Assembly: GCA_944392845.1 (NCBI GenBank)
Contig: CALXYE010000095.1
Coordinates: 1-35,166 of the forward strand
From: an uncultured Alphaproteobacteria bacterium
GTDB lineage: Bacteria; Pseudomonadota; Alphaproteobacteria; CAAGCB01; CAG-977
DNA: 35,166 bases
Direction of reading: 5' to 3'
Positions 18,292 to 28,087 of this stretch are shown piece after piece; position 1 is the stretch's first letter, and every line of letters starts with the position of its first letter. Made by a program: the position numbers and the translations under genes. A model generated the notes under the pieces. It worked only from the letters and a program-made list of their open reading frames with translations. It was not told the DNA's origin and searched no databases.

Positions 18292-19458
18292 ATGGCATTC
18301 TTTTCGGACAGAAGCCTGAACATCCTTAACATCCATTACTGCCTGAGGGCAATGGGATGGGAAATGTGCAGCATGTTCACCCTGTCCTACCTGTACAAGC
18401 AGGGGCTTTCCCTGCCGGCCGTTTTCATCGCGTACGCGGGAATGTTGTGCGTACGGACTTTGACGCGTCCCGTTGCGATGTACTTGTGCCTGAATAAAGG
18501 CGTGCGCTTCACGCTGATCGTCGGCACGATTGTTTTCGCCTGCCGTTATTTGGTTATGATTCCCATCGAAGGCGTCAGTTTCCTGCTGATCCCGTTCATG
18601 CTCGTTTCAGGCTTGGCCGACGTCCTTTATTGGGTTTCCTACCATAACTATTTTGCTTCCGTCGGTTCTTCCGACACCAGAGGCTCCGCCGTCGGCATCA
18701 GGGAAGCGATTACGACGACCGTCGCCGTTTTAGGACCTTTGTTCGGCGGAATATTGCTGTCAATCGACAGAATATATGCTTTTCTCCTGCCGTTCGTCCT
18801 GACTTTGGTTTCCGTTTTTCCCCTGTTGAAAACGCCCGACATCCCCAAACCCGTCCCCGCGACGAAAGAAGAAAAAAAACAAGTCGGACATTTCGGATTT
18901 TTTGTTTTCGTCGGCGACGGATGGTTTTATCAGGCGGGCGCCGTTTGGCCGCTGATCGTTTTTATGATCCTTGACGACAATTACGGCAATTTCGGTTTTA
19001 TCCTGGCTTTGGCAGCGTTTTTCAGAGCGTTGGGAAACCTGTTTTTCGGTTCCATGATCGACAAGGGCAAAGGCCGCCTGATCAGTTATATCGGATACGG
19101 AATGCATATCGCCGTCTTTGCCGTTCGGGGCTTTTTTGCCTATACCGTCCCCGTCATCATCGCTTGCGACTTTTTCGCCGCGATCGCTTACTGTTTTTCG
19201 ATGACGGGGCTGATGAGCGCCGTTTATAACGCGACGAAAAGTTCGGCTCATCCGCTTTATTTCACCTACTATACGGAACTGGGCTGGGATGCGGGCGCCA
19301 TAACCGCCATGCTGGCCTGCGCGGGACTGGCCGCGGCGGGCATTGATCTGCGCTGGAGCCTGTCGATCGCCGCGGGCGGCGCATTGCTGTCCGCCTTTGT
19401 TCTCGGCAGGTATTACGGACAAAACGGCAAAAAATCAGATTTAAAAAAAGCCGCATAA
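18292..19458 (+). CDS. MFS-type membrane transporter
   Basis: About 12 hydrophobic segments in two halves. Substrate unknown. Confidence 0.72.
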   Translation: MAFFSDRSLNILNIHYCLRAMGWEMCSMFTLSYLYKQGLSLPAVFIAYAGMLCVRTLTRPVAMYLCLNKGVRFTLIVGTIVFACRYLVMIPIEGVSFLLIPFMLVSGLADVLYWVSYHNYFASVGSSDTRGSAVGIREAITTTVAVLGPLFGGILLSIDRIYAFLLPFVLTLVSVFPLLKTPDIPKPVPATKEEKKQVGHFGFFVFVGDGWFYQAGAVWPLIVFMILDDNYGNFGFILALAAFFRALGNLFFGSMIDKGKGRLISYIGYGMHIAVFAVRGFFAYTVPVIIACDFFAAIAYCFSMTGLMSAVYNATKSSAHPLYFTYYTELGWDAGAITAMLACAGLAAAGIDLRWSLSIAAGGALLSAFVLGRYYGQNGKKSDLKKAA

Positions 19459-19482
19459 AAAAGGCTCCTTTCGGAGCCTTTT
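19459..19482. terminator. bidirectional terminator between the MFS and HIT genes
   Basis: aaaaggctcc-tttc-ggagcctttt between convergent stop codons. Confidence 0.85.
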
Positions 19483-19483
19483 C

Positions 19484-19843
19484 CTATTTTCCGATCATCG
19501 CGCCGAGCTTTCCGCCCGCAAAGATATGAATATGCAAATGAGGAACTTCCTGACCGCCGTTTTTGCCGATATTGCTTAAAATACGGTATCCTTCCTCCTC
19601 ATGCCCCAGTTGCTTCGCCACGGCGGCCACCGCCTTGAAAAAGCCCGCGATCTCGGCATCCGAGGCTTGACCGACGAATTCGGGGAAATTGCGGTACGGT
19701 CCCTTCGGAATAACCAAAACGTGGACGGGCGCCTTCGGATTCAGGTCGGGAAACGCCAAAGCGTACTCGTCCTCATAAAGTTTGGTCGTCGGAATCTCTC
19801 CGCGCAGGATTTTTGCAAACACGTTGTTTTCATCATAAGCCAT
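19484..19843 (-). CDS. hinT: histidine triad nucleotide-binding protein (HinT-like)
   Basis: YDENNVFAKILRGEIP, HVLVIPK and GQEVPHLHIH. Confidence 0.92.
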   Translation of the reverse strand: MAYDENNVFAKILRGEIPTTKLYEDEYALAFPDLNPKAPVHVLVIPKGPYRNFPEFVGQASDAEIAGFFKAVAAVAKQLGHEEEGYRILSNIGKNGGQEVPHLHIHIFAGGKLGAMIGK

Positions 19844-19848
19844 TTTCT

Positions 19849-20175
19849 TTACTCCTTTTTGCGGCTGCGTTTTTCTTCAATGCCCGAAACGCCTTCGCGC
19901 TTTTCCAAACACGCGGAAACGTCCGAAGGGCTTACTCCCGCATCCGCCCATAAAACCGATAAATGATACAGCAGATCGGCGCTTTCGGAAATGATGCGCT
20001 CCCTGTCGTCCCGAACGGCGGCGATGACCGTTTCGACCGCTTCCTCGCCGACTTTTTGGGCGATGCGCTCCCGCCCCCGTGAAAACAGTTTCGCCGTATA
20101 AGACGTTTCGGGATCGCTCCCTTTACGGCTTTGAATAACGCCGTATAAACGCTCTAAAACTTCCATTTGCATCAT
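19849..20175 (-). CDS. hisE: phosphoribosyl-ATP pyrophosphatase
   Basis: SYTAKLF, KVGEEAVE and ESADLLYHL. Confidence 0.94.
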   Translation of the reverse strand: MMQMEVLERLYGVIQSRKGSDPETSYTAKLFSRGRERIAQKVGEEAVETVIAAVRDDRERIISESADLLYHLSVLWADAGVSPSDVSACLEKREGVSGIEEKRSRKKE

Positions 20176-20897
20176 CCCTTCAAAACGGCGATCGCTTCCG
20201 CCGCCGTAAAACGCCCGTCATAAATCGCGCGCCCCGCAATCACGCCCGCGACGTTCTTTTCCGCCAAAGCGCGGCACGCCCGAATGTCATCCAGCGAAGA
20301 AACCCCGCCCGAAACGATCACGGGAACGGACGTGCTTTGCGCCACGGCTGCGGTCGCTTCCAAATTAGGCCCCAGCAAAACGCCGTCGCGGGAAATGTCG
20401 GTATAAACGATCGCTTCAACGCCCGCGTCTTCAAACCGCCGCGCCAGTTCGACATCCGTTATTTCCGACGTTTCCGCCCATCCTTCAACGGCGACTTTTC
20501 CGTCCCTTGCGTCAATGCCGACGGCGATGCGGTTCGGGAAAAGATCACACGCCTTTTTTACAAAATCGGGATCGCGCAAAGCCGCCGTCCCCAAAATAAC
20601 GCGGGACACGCCTTTGTCCAACCATTTCCGAACGGATTCGACCGAACGGATGCCGCCGCCCAGCTCTATTTTAACGTCGACGGCCTTCAGAATATCCTCC
20701 ACGGCATCAACGTTGACGGGACGCCCCGCAAACGCGCCGTCAAGATCAACGACGTGTATCCATTCCGCCCCCTGCCGTGCAAAAGACTTCGCCCGTTCGG
20801 CGGGATGCGAAGAAAAAACCGTCGCTTTATCCATATCCCCGCGTTCAAGCCTGACGCATTCGCCGTTTTTCAGATCTATGGCAGGCAGCAAATACAT
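20172..20897 (-). CDS. hisA: ProFAR isomerase
   Basis: PAIDLKNGECVRL, HVVDLDGA, GGGIR and TDISRDG. The start may alternatively be 20906. Confidence 0.94.
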   Translation of the reverse strand: MYLLPAIDLKNGECVRLERGDMDKATVFSSHPAERAKSFARQGAEWIHVVDLDGAFAGRPVNVDAVEDILKAVDVKIELGGGIRSVESVRKWLDKGVSRVILGTAALRDPDFVKKACDLFPNRIAVGIDARDGKVAVEGWAETSEITDVELARRFEDAGVEAIVYTDISRDGVLLGPNLEATAAVAQSTSVPVIVSGGVSSLDDIRACRALAEKNVAGVIAGRAIYDGRFTAAEAIAVLKG

Positions 20898-20983
20898 TCC
20901 GAACATCCTTTCCTAAAACATTTTTTAATGTTTTTTCGGTTATATATGAAATAAACTGTAAAAATATAAATAACGGGTATCCG

Positions 20984-23083
20984 ATGAAATTGAAATATTT
21001 TTTATTGTCCGTGCTGATTCTTGGCGCCCTTCGGATGCCCGCGCTTGCCTATGTCGAAGACGCGGCTCCGTCAAATTCCGCTTCGGGCGGGTTGGCGGAC
21101 GAGCTGTTTACTTTTGACCCGAACCTGTCGTCAATCAAGCTGGAATACGTTGATTTCAAGATCGGGCGGGGACGCACCGTTTCCGAATGGGGCAAGGACA
21201 TCGGCCGGTATAATTTCAAGCTGTTCGGATGCCGTAGGAACTCGAAAAAGCTGATTCTGAACGAAGGGCGCGCCATGCGGCGCGACATGAAATTTCAGGA
21301 CGTGTTTTTTGAAGAGATGAACGAACTGTTTCCCGTCGTCGTCAACAAGGACAGCCCTTACTTCCCCTATTCCGTCGGCGACCGCATCCCGGGGTACGTC
21401 ATTACGGCCGAAATCAAAGACCTGTTCGTCAACGTATGCGACCATTACGACTGGCGTACAAGGTCGTATCCGCGCCTGCGCAGCGGGTCTGCGGAAATCA
21501 AAGTCCTTTGGCGCGTCATGACGCCCTTCAACCGCAAACTTTACTGGGAAGACACGACCTACGGTTACGCCGACATTCAAGACCCTGTGCGCAACGGAGA
21601 AGTCCGCCTGATCGAAAAGGCTTTTGCCGATGCGGTCGCCCGCATGGTCGGCGCGCCGGGCTTCATTGACGTGATGCGCGACGTCCCCTCCGAAGAAGAA
21701 ATCGGCAAAGCCAAGGCCGATTATGACGCGATGGTTTATGCCCACATCCAGAACCGCCGCAACCTGATGTCTTCGTACCGCCGCAAACGGATGAAATTTT
21801 ACCATGAGCGCGAACGCGTCCGCATTTTGAACGCTTTGGAAAAGATCGGACAGCGTAACGACGCTCTGGCTTCCCTGATTATGGAAAAGGAAAAAAACAT
21901 CAATTCCCTGACGGACGAGCAGCTTGAACATCTGGTCAAAGAACAGGCGGAACTGGCTTCGCAAATTTCCAAAGAAACGCAGCAGCTCGGCGAGCTGGCG
22001 CAAACGGACGTACAAAAGGGCGAAGAGATCGTTACGCTGACCGAGCGCGCGAAACGTTTGGTGCAAAAGGGCGAGCTGAATTTCGAAGAACAGGACGAAT
22101 TAAACGCCCTGCTGAAGGAAATTACGGAAAAATCCGAAGACCTGACTTTGGATGCCGCCGTACGCGCGGACATCGGATATTTGTTGGATTCCGACGAACA
22201 ACAGTACGGGATTCTGGGACGCCTGCTTAAAAACGCGCGAACGGAACAAGGATTTTACGGGCGTCTGTTAAAGGATATGCCGCTGATTCGGCTGTTTGAC
22301 GGCTTTTTGCTGGAATCGTCCTTGGAATCGCTTTCGCCGTCGGACGGCACGCTGAACGACGACCTGTTCCGCGAAGCCAAAAAATACGGCTTTGAAGTTT
22401 CAAAAGCGGACGGCACCATCACCATTGCCAATCAAAAGCCGTTCCGTTACCTGTCGCCGAACAGGATTTACCGCATCCGCTCCAGCGTCGTCGCCGTCTT
22501 GAACGACAAGGATGTCGGCTCGGGCGTCGTAATAGCGCCGTCGTTAGTGCTGACGAATTACAGTATTGCGAAAAAATCGCCTTATATCAAAATCGAATTC
22601 CTTGACGGGCGCATCAAATCCGCCATGGTTCTGCGCGCCAATCGGGAAAAGGACGTCGCGCTCCTGTTCGTTCCGCCCAAAGACGTTTCCGATTACACTT
22701 GGGCGATTCCCGTCCGCCTTGACTTGCCGCAGGTCGGCGAAGAATTTTACGCGATCGGCACGCCGATGCGGGGCGGCTTTGAAGGCGCCATGGAAAACGG
22801 CAGGGTCGCGGGTTACCGATACGGCGCGAACGGCGTTGATATTCTGACCGATACGAACGTCCAAAGCGTTTCTTTGGGCGGCCTGTTGGTTGACGGAAAC
22901 GGAAACGCCGTCGGACTGGCTCACGCGGGAGAAAACCTGGTTGAGGTGCGCGACGGCTTTATTCCCCTCGGAGACGCCTTTGATGCGCTGAATATCCGCA
23001 TTCGCGACCGTTCCGCGGATGAAACGCCGACGCAAAAGGCTCTTCGTCTGAAAAAAGAACGCGAAGAAAATTATATCAAATAG
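20984..23083 (+). CDS. exported protein with a coiled-coil region and a C-terminal trypsin-like domain lacking the catalytic His and Ser
   Basis: Signal peptide. Motifs GSGVVIAPSLVLTNYSI, DVALL, AIGTP and DTNVQSVSLGGLLVDGNGNAVG. Confidence 0.75.
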   Translation: MKLKYFLLSVLILGALRMPALAYVEDAAPSNSASGGLADELFTFDPNLSSIKLEYVDFKIGRGRTVSEWGKDIGRYNFKLFGCRRNSKKLILNEGRAMRRDMKFQDVFFEEMNELFPVVVNKDSPYFPYSVGDRIPGYVITAEIKDLFVNVCDHYDWRTRSYPRLRSGSAEIKVLWRVMTPFNRKLYWEDTTYGYADIQDPVRNGEVRLIEKAFADAVARMVGAPGFIDVMRDVPSEEEIGKAKADYDAMVYAHIQNRRNLMSSYRRKRMKFYHERERVRILNALEKIGQRNDALASLIMEKEKNINSLTDEQLEHLVKEQAELASQISKETQQLGELAQTDVQKGEEIVTLTERAKRLVQKGELNFEEQDELNALLKEITEKSEDLTLDAAVRADIGYLLDSDEQQYGILGRLLKNARTEQGFYGRLLKDMPLIRLFDGFLLESSLESLSPSDGTLNDDLFREAKKYGFEVSKADGTITIANQKPFRYLSPNRIYRIRSSVVAVLNDKDVGSGVVIAPSLVLTNYSIAKKSPYIKIEFLDGRIKSAMVLRANREKDVALLFVPPKDVSDYTWAIPVRLDLPQVGEEFYAIGTPMRGGFEGAMENGRVAGYRYGANGVDILTDTNVQSVSLGGLLVDGNGNAVGLAHAGENLVEVRDGFIPLGDAFDALNIRIRDRSADETPTQKALRLKKEREENYIK

Positions 23084-23146
23084 CTTTTTAAAAGCTCCCT
23101 CGCGAATCGGGTCGCTATATTTTCCGCCTCACTAAAAGAGGCGCGC

Positions 23147-23320
23147 GCCGATGCCGTTTACGATATCGTTAAAGTCTGCGGCGATACCGAAATCTGCGAA
23201 AATGCCAAGGTTCTCGGTCGCGGCGAGAAAGTCTACGGCAATGCTAAAATTTGCGGCGATACGGACTTTACGGGAACCTTATCCACGTGTGACAAACGAT
23301 ATTGTTCCGACTGTCCGTAA
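23147..23320 (+). pseudogene. start-less fragment encoding hexapeptide-like repeats
   Basis: The frame reads ADAVYDIVKVCGDTEICENAKVLGRGEKVYGNAKICGDTDF...CSDCP*. Confidence 0.45.
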
Positions 23321-23330
23321 AACTTAAACA

Positions 23331-23358
23331 AAAAGAGCCCTTTATAAAGGGCTCTTTT
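23331..23358. terminator. perfect 28-bp palindrome, probable terminator
   Basis: aaaagagcccttta|taaagggctctttt. Confidence 0.75.
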
Positions 23359-23373
23359 TATAAACGCCTTCTC

Positions 23374-23402
23374 TTGATTCCCGAAAAAAAATCATGTATC
23401 CT
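23374..23402 (+). promoter_or_regulatory. possible sigma70 promoter of the 219-aa gene
   Basis: TTGATT-N17-TATCCT. Confidence 0.4.
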
Positions 23403-23429
23403 CAATAAAAGTTTGATAGAGGAAACTTC

Positions 23430-24089
23430 ATGAGAAACCATCCGACCAGCGTGGAAGACGCCGTTTCACAGATCGAGAATTCGTTTAACAGAGGCGGAAG
23501 ATATCTTGAAAACGGCGAACCGAAATACACGGCTCACGCCGTTCGGATGGAAGAAGAAACGGGCATAAGGGGCATTGCGGGGCATTACCGTTTTATCAAC
23601 GGCGAAACGCCCGCTCACGCCGAATACGGTTACAGAAAACGCTTTCAAAAGTACGCCTTGGCCGAAGGAATGGCGAATTCCGAAGATCCTTTTATCAAGG
23701 AAGCCGCCGCCCGAATCGGTGAAAAAGCCGCAGACGTCCTGCCCGAAGTCAATGCCGAAATTTCAAAATTGACGGAACTGAATCCCGAACTGAAGCGTTT
23801 AAACTATAACCGTCGCAGCTTTACGGAAAGCTATCGGGCGCTGATCGGCATTACGTCGCAATATAACGTGGACGACATCAACGGCTATTTACATGCCTAC
23901 AGGACAAACCGCAAGGATGCTTCCGTCCATCGGCGGATGGACGCCTTAAAGAAACAAGGATTTCGTTTCGGATGGATTCCCGCGGCAAGCACCTTGGATA
24001 AAATAGAAGCCTTCGCCGAACGCCGTTCACGCCGATTGCCCGAAGAGTTCAGACCGCTTGCCGCCAGGAAAAAAGCGGCGGAACGCTAA
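23430..24089 (+). CDS. hypothetical protein, 219 aa
   Basis: GAGGA RBS. The ORF fills the gap between a terminator and the convergent ppk2 gene. No family recognised. Confidence 0.7.
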   Translation: MRNHPTSVEDAVSQIENSFNRGGRYLENGEPKYTAHAVRMEEETGIRGIAGHYRFINGETPAHAEYGYRKRFQKYALAEGMANSEDPFIKEAAARIGEKAADVLPEVNAEISKLTELNPELKRLNYNRRSFTESYRALIGITSQYNVDDINGYLHAYRTNRKDASVHRRMDALKKQGFRFGWIPAASTLDKIEAFAERRSRRLPEEFRPLAARKKAAER

Positions 24090-24090
24090 A

Positions 24091-25632
24091 TCATTTGTCT
24101 TCGTCCGGGGGCGGGATTTCCTTGTCCGTTTTATAATCCAGCACTTTTTCCAAATAACGGCACAACAGCTTCATCGTTTTGATGCGTCCGTATTTCTTAT
24201 TATTATCGGGAACGACAAACCACGGCGCGCACTTTGTATCCGTTTTTTTCAGCATATCGTCAAAGGCTTCGTCGTATTGTTCCCATTTTTCGCGGTTGCG
24301 CCAATCTTCGCTGCCGATTTTCCATTGCTTATAGGACGTTTCTTCGCGCGCCTTAAAACGGGCGAGCTGTTCGTCTTTGGAAATATAAAGCAGGAATTTG
24401 ACGACAATGTTGTCCCCTTGCACCAGCTGTTTTTCAAAGCGGTTGATTTCGTCATAGGCCTGTTTCCATTCCCGTTCCGTCGCGAAATGTTCAATACGTT
24501 CGACCAAAACGCGCCCGTACCAGCTGCGGTCAAAAACGGTCAGAAGCTTTTGTTCGCTCAACCGCCGCCAAAAACGCCACAAATAATGGTGAGAAAGCTC
24601 TTCTTTCGTCGGAGCCGAAATCGGAAAAATATCGCAATCGCGCACGAACAAAGAGGATGTTAAGCGGCTGATAACGCCGCCCTTTCCCGACGCGTCGGGT
24701 CCTTCAAACGCCAAAATAACCCGCTTGTTTCTTTTTTTAACCTCGGTCAATAAAGCATTCAAACGCGCCCGCAAATAAGGAAGCTGTTCCTTATATTTTT
24801 CCTTTGAAATCGACGCGTCCGGATTGATGTTTTTAACAAAATCGGGTTTTTCGTATTTTTTCTTTTTCCGTTTTTTGTCTTCTTCGCGCTTCTTTTCTTC
24901 TTTTTCCTTGAACTTACGGCGTTCTTCAAGCTCTTTTTCAACGTGAGAGCAAAAGATGTCCAAGGCTTTCCTGATACGCTGGGTAAAGGTACCTTCCTTT
25001 ATTTCAAACCACGGAGCATAGTCCTTATCCGTGTAACGGATCAGCTTGCGCGTCGTTTCCTCGAAACCGTCGGACAGACAGCAGTTTTTCCAATCGTCGT
25101 CCATGACGCGCCATTTTTCGTACGGATCTTCGTCCAACGCCCGCAAAAAGGCTTCCTGTTCGTTTTTGTCTTTATGAAACCACAGTTTGCAAAAAATAAC
25201 GCCCGAATCGGCCAGCGTCTTTTCAAAATTGTTACAGTTATCCAACAGTTCGTACAAACCGTCATCGTTGATTTTATCATACGCGCGGGATGTCAGCGGA
25301 TCCGAATACCACGAACTGACGAAGATCCCCGTTTTTCCGTTCGAAGGCGTGTCGCGCCAATAACGGCGGTACTCGATGCGCTCCTGTTGGAGGTTGCGCC
25401 GTTCGTAAGCGCGCAAAACGACGGAACGCTGATCAAGCCAATCCCTCAAAATCGCCAGAGCCGCATTCTTTCCCGACCCGTTCACGCCGCATAATAAAAC
25501 AATAACGGGAACGTCAACCTCGCGAATTTTTGTTTGCAATTCGATCAGACGGGTTCTGATTTCCGTTTCTTCCTTATCGCCGAAATTGGCTTCAAATTCG
25601 ATTTCTTCGTCTTCGGAATGATGTTTTCCCAT
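24091..25632 (-). CDS. two-domain PPK2-family polyphosphate:AMP phosphotransferase
   Basis: Two P-loop domains (GVNGSGK...SWY and EGPDASGKGG...FDRSWYGRVLVER) and WKIGSEDWRNR. Confidence 0.9.
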   Translation of the reverse strand: MGKHHSEDEEIEFEANFGDKEETEIRTRLIELQTKIREVDVPVIVLLCGVNGSGKNAALAILRDWLDQRSVVLRAYERRNLQQERIEYRRYWRDTPSNGKTGIFVSSWYSDPLTSRAYDKINDDGLYELLDNCNNFEKTLADSGVIFCKLWFHKDKNEQEAFLRALDEDPYEKWRVMDDDWKNCCLSDGFEETTRKLIRYTDKDYAPWFEIKEGTFTQRIRKALDIFCSHVEKELEERRKFKEKEEKKREEDKKRKKKKYEKPDFVKNINPDASISKEKYKEQLPYLRARLNALLTEVKKRNKRVILAFEGPDASGKGGVISRLTSSLFVRDCDIFPISAPTKEELSHHYLWRFWRRLSEQKLLTVFDRSWYGRVLVERIEHFATEREWKQAYDEINRFEKQLVQGDNIVVKFLLYISKDEQLARFKAREETSYKQWKIGSEDWRNREKWEQYDEAFDDMLKKTDTKCAPWFVVPDNNKKYGRIKTMKLLCRYLEKVLDYKTDKEIPPPDEDK

Positions 25633-25642
25633 TGCCGTTCCC

Positions 25643-27937
25643 TTACTTCATAACCATAGAATTGACCGCCAGCTTTTTTTGTTTCGTCAGCCGCTTCTTT
25701 GTCGTTTTTTTGGCGGGCTTCGCCGTTTTTTTCTTCACGTTTTTAATATCTTTTTTCTTGGCTTCTTTTTTATCGGCCGCATCGGTTTTCCGCTCCTCGC
25801 GGCGGACGGCGATCTTTTGGCGCGCCACCGTCGAACGCAGCTTTGCCGACCCGCGCCCCGACAAACTGGGATGCGTCATAAAAAACTGGTGGCAGCTGAA
25901 GGCCTGAGGGCTTTCGGACAGGCGCGTATAGCTCATATCTTCGTGCAACAGCCAGCTCAGCGCTTCGTCCTTGACGTTCGCCTGCATAATTTGCCCCATA
26001 ATCTGTTCATGCACCGTCGGATTTTCAATAGGCACGAGCGTTTCCACGCGGTGAAGCGTGTTTCGGGGCATCCAGTCCGCCGAAGAGATAAAGACTTTCG
26101 CATCGGGAGAAGGCAATTTTACCCCGTTGCCGAAACAGACGATTCTTGAATGCTCTAAAAAACGTCCGACAATGCTCGTCACGCGGATATTTTCGGACAA
26201 CCCCGCCAGTCCCGGACGCAAAGCGCATATCCCGCGCACAATCAGCGTGATTTTCACGCCCGCGTTCGACGCTTTATAAAGCGCGTCTATCAGGACGGGA
26301 TCAAGCAACGAATTCATCTTTGCCCAGATTGACGCGGGCTTTCCCGCTTTGGCGAAAGCGATTTCCGCCTCAATCAGCTCTATCAGACGGTCGCGCAGGT
26401 TCAATGGCGCGATGCACAGTTTTTTCAACCCCTCGGGTTGTGCGTATCCCGTCAGATAATTGAACACCAGCGCCGCATCGTGACACAGATCCTTATCGCA
26501 GGTAAAGAAAGACAGGTCGGTATAGATATTGGCGGTGACTTCATGATAGTTTCCCGTTCCGAAGTGAGCGTATCCGCGCATTTTCGTGCCTTCTTTACGG
26601 GTCACCAAAGAAATTTTGGCGTGCGTTTTATAGTTCATCAGGCCGAACACGACGTGAACGCCTGCCTGTTCCATGTCCTTTGCCCATTTCAGGTTGGCTT
26701 CCTCGTCAAAACGGGCGCGCAACTCAACGACGGCCGTCACGGCTTTGCCCGCGCGCGCGGCGTCAATCAGCGCTTTGACGATCGGAGAATTTTTGTTTGT
26801 GCGGTAAAGCGTTTGTTTGATCGAAACAACGTCGGGATCTTTTGCCGCCTGACGCAGGAACTTTACGACAACCTCGAAGGATTCGTAAGGATGATGAATG
26901 ACCATGTCTTTTTTGCGAATGGCGGCGAAGTGATCGCCTTTAAAATCGCGGACGCGTTCGGGACGGCGGGGTTTGTACGGTTTAAACAGCAAATCCCTGC
27001 GGTCGGGAACAATCAGCGAAGACAATGCCCTGATGCCGAGGAACCCTTTTCTTCGCGAAACGTTTTCCCGATCAACGTCCAGTTTATGCTCGACAAACGC
27101 CAACAAAGAATCGGGCATTTCGGCATTTGCGACCAACGCGATCACGTCGCGGCGGCGGCGGCGTTCCAGCGCCGTTTCAAATTGCGCGATCAGATCTTCG
27201 GAGCGTTCGTCAACCTCTAAAAGACTGTCGCGGATAATGCTGAACAGCCCCGACTGCCTGACCTTAAAATTCGGAAAAATCTGATCGATAAAAAGCATAA
27301 CGATGTCTTCCAACGCAATGAAGCGGTCGGGATTTTTGCTCAGCCGCACAAAGCGCGACAGACTGCCCGGCAAGGGAAGAAGCGCTTTTTGTTCATGCCC
27401 GTCAATGTGTTTCAGCGACAGAATCAGGGAATGTGACAGATTCGGCAAAAACGGGAAGGGATGCGCGGGATCCAAAGCGATCGGCGTCAGCACGGGAAAA
27501 ATCGAATCCTCAAAAACGGCCTGCAACAACTTTTTGTCCTGTTTCGACAGGTCTTCCTTTCCGACAATGTACAAACCTGCACGCTCCAGCTCCGTTCGCA
27601 GGCGGACGAAATATTCGTCCTGCTTTTCGCGCAAATCGTCAACGGCTTCGCGTACGGCGTCCAGCTGTTCCTGAGGCGTCCTGCCGTCGTCGCTTCTGGC
27701 CGTAACGCCCGCGTAAATTTGCGCCGCCAGCCCCGCAACGCGCACCATGAAAAACTCGTCCAGATTCGAGCCCGAAATCGCCAAAAAGCGCAAACGTTCC
27801 AACAAAGGATAACGTTCGTTAACGGATTCTTCCAAAACGCGACGGTTAAACGCCAGCCACGACAGCTCCCTGTTAAAAAAACGCGAAGGAGAAGTCATCG
27901 TTACGGGTTCCGAACAGACAAGAGCATCCGACGCCAT
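25643..27937 (-). CDS. ppk1: polyphosphate kinase 1
   Basis: RFFNRELSWLAFNRRVL, NLDEFFMVRVAGL, HHPYESF, KTHAK and GRFLEHSR. Confidence 0.96.
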   Translation of the reverse strand: MASDALVCSEPVTMTSPSRFFNRELSWLAFNRRVLEESVNERYPLLERLRFLAISGSNLDEFFMVRVAGLAAQIYAGVTARSDDGRTPQEQLDAVREAVDDLREKQDEYFVRLRTELERAGLYIVGKEDLSKQDKKLLQAVFEDSIFPVLTPIALDPAHPFPFLPNLSHSLILSLKHIDGHEQKALLPLPGSLSRFVRLSKNPDRFIALEDIVMLFIDQIFPNFKVRQSGLFSIIRDSLLEVDERSEDLIAQFETALERRRRRDVIALVANAEMPDSLLAFVEHKLDVDRENVSRRKGFLGIRALSSLIVPDRRDLLFKPYKPRRPERVRDFKGDHFAAIRKKDMVIHHPYESFEVVVKFLRQAAKDPDVVSIKQTLYRTNKNSPIVKALIDAARAGKAVTAVVELRARFDEEANLKWAKDMEQAGVHVVFGLMNYKTHAKISLVTRKEGTKMRGYAHFGTGNYHEVTANIYTDLSFFTCDKDLCHDAALVFNYLTGYAQPEGLKKLCIAPLNLRDRLIELIEAEIAFAKAGKPASIWAKMNSLLDPVLIDALYKASNAGVKITLIVRGICALRPGLAGLSENIRVTSIVGRFLEHSRIVCFGNGVKLPSPDAKVFISSADWMPRNTLHRVETLVPIENPTVHEQIMGQIMQANVKDEALSWLLHEDMSYTRLSESPQAFSCHQFFMTHPSLSGRGSAKLRSTVARQKIAVRREERKTDAADKKEAKKKDIKNVKKKTAKPAKKTTKKRLTKQKKLAVNSMVMK

Positions 27938-28087
27938 TGCAGAAATCCTCTAAATCAACAAAAAAATCCGCATATTTTTTACCATATTTCCGCAACGGAT
28001 GAAATAAACATCTAAGATATGTTTATTTTCCGCGTCCTTTCCTCTATCCTTATATCATCAAAGAAACAAAATACGGGGGAAAACAAG

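Noticed and set aside
10365-23083. Genome-wide TAG reassignment, suggested by the in-frame TAG in the aac gene and the open frame after 23083
   Set aside because: TAG is a genuine stop for the HIT gene (normal C-terminus, immediately followed by a terminator) and for the ATP-grasp ligase. TGG to TAG is a simple transition.
23151-23327. 58-aa ATG-initiated ORF (MPFTISLK...)
   Set aside because: It overlaps the hexapeptide-repeat frame, which explains the sequence pattern better, and has no recognisable features.
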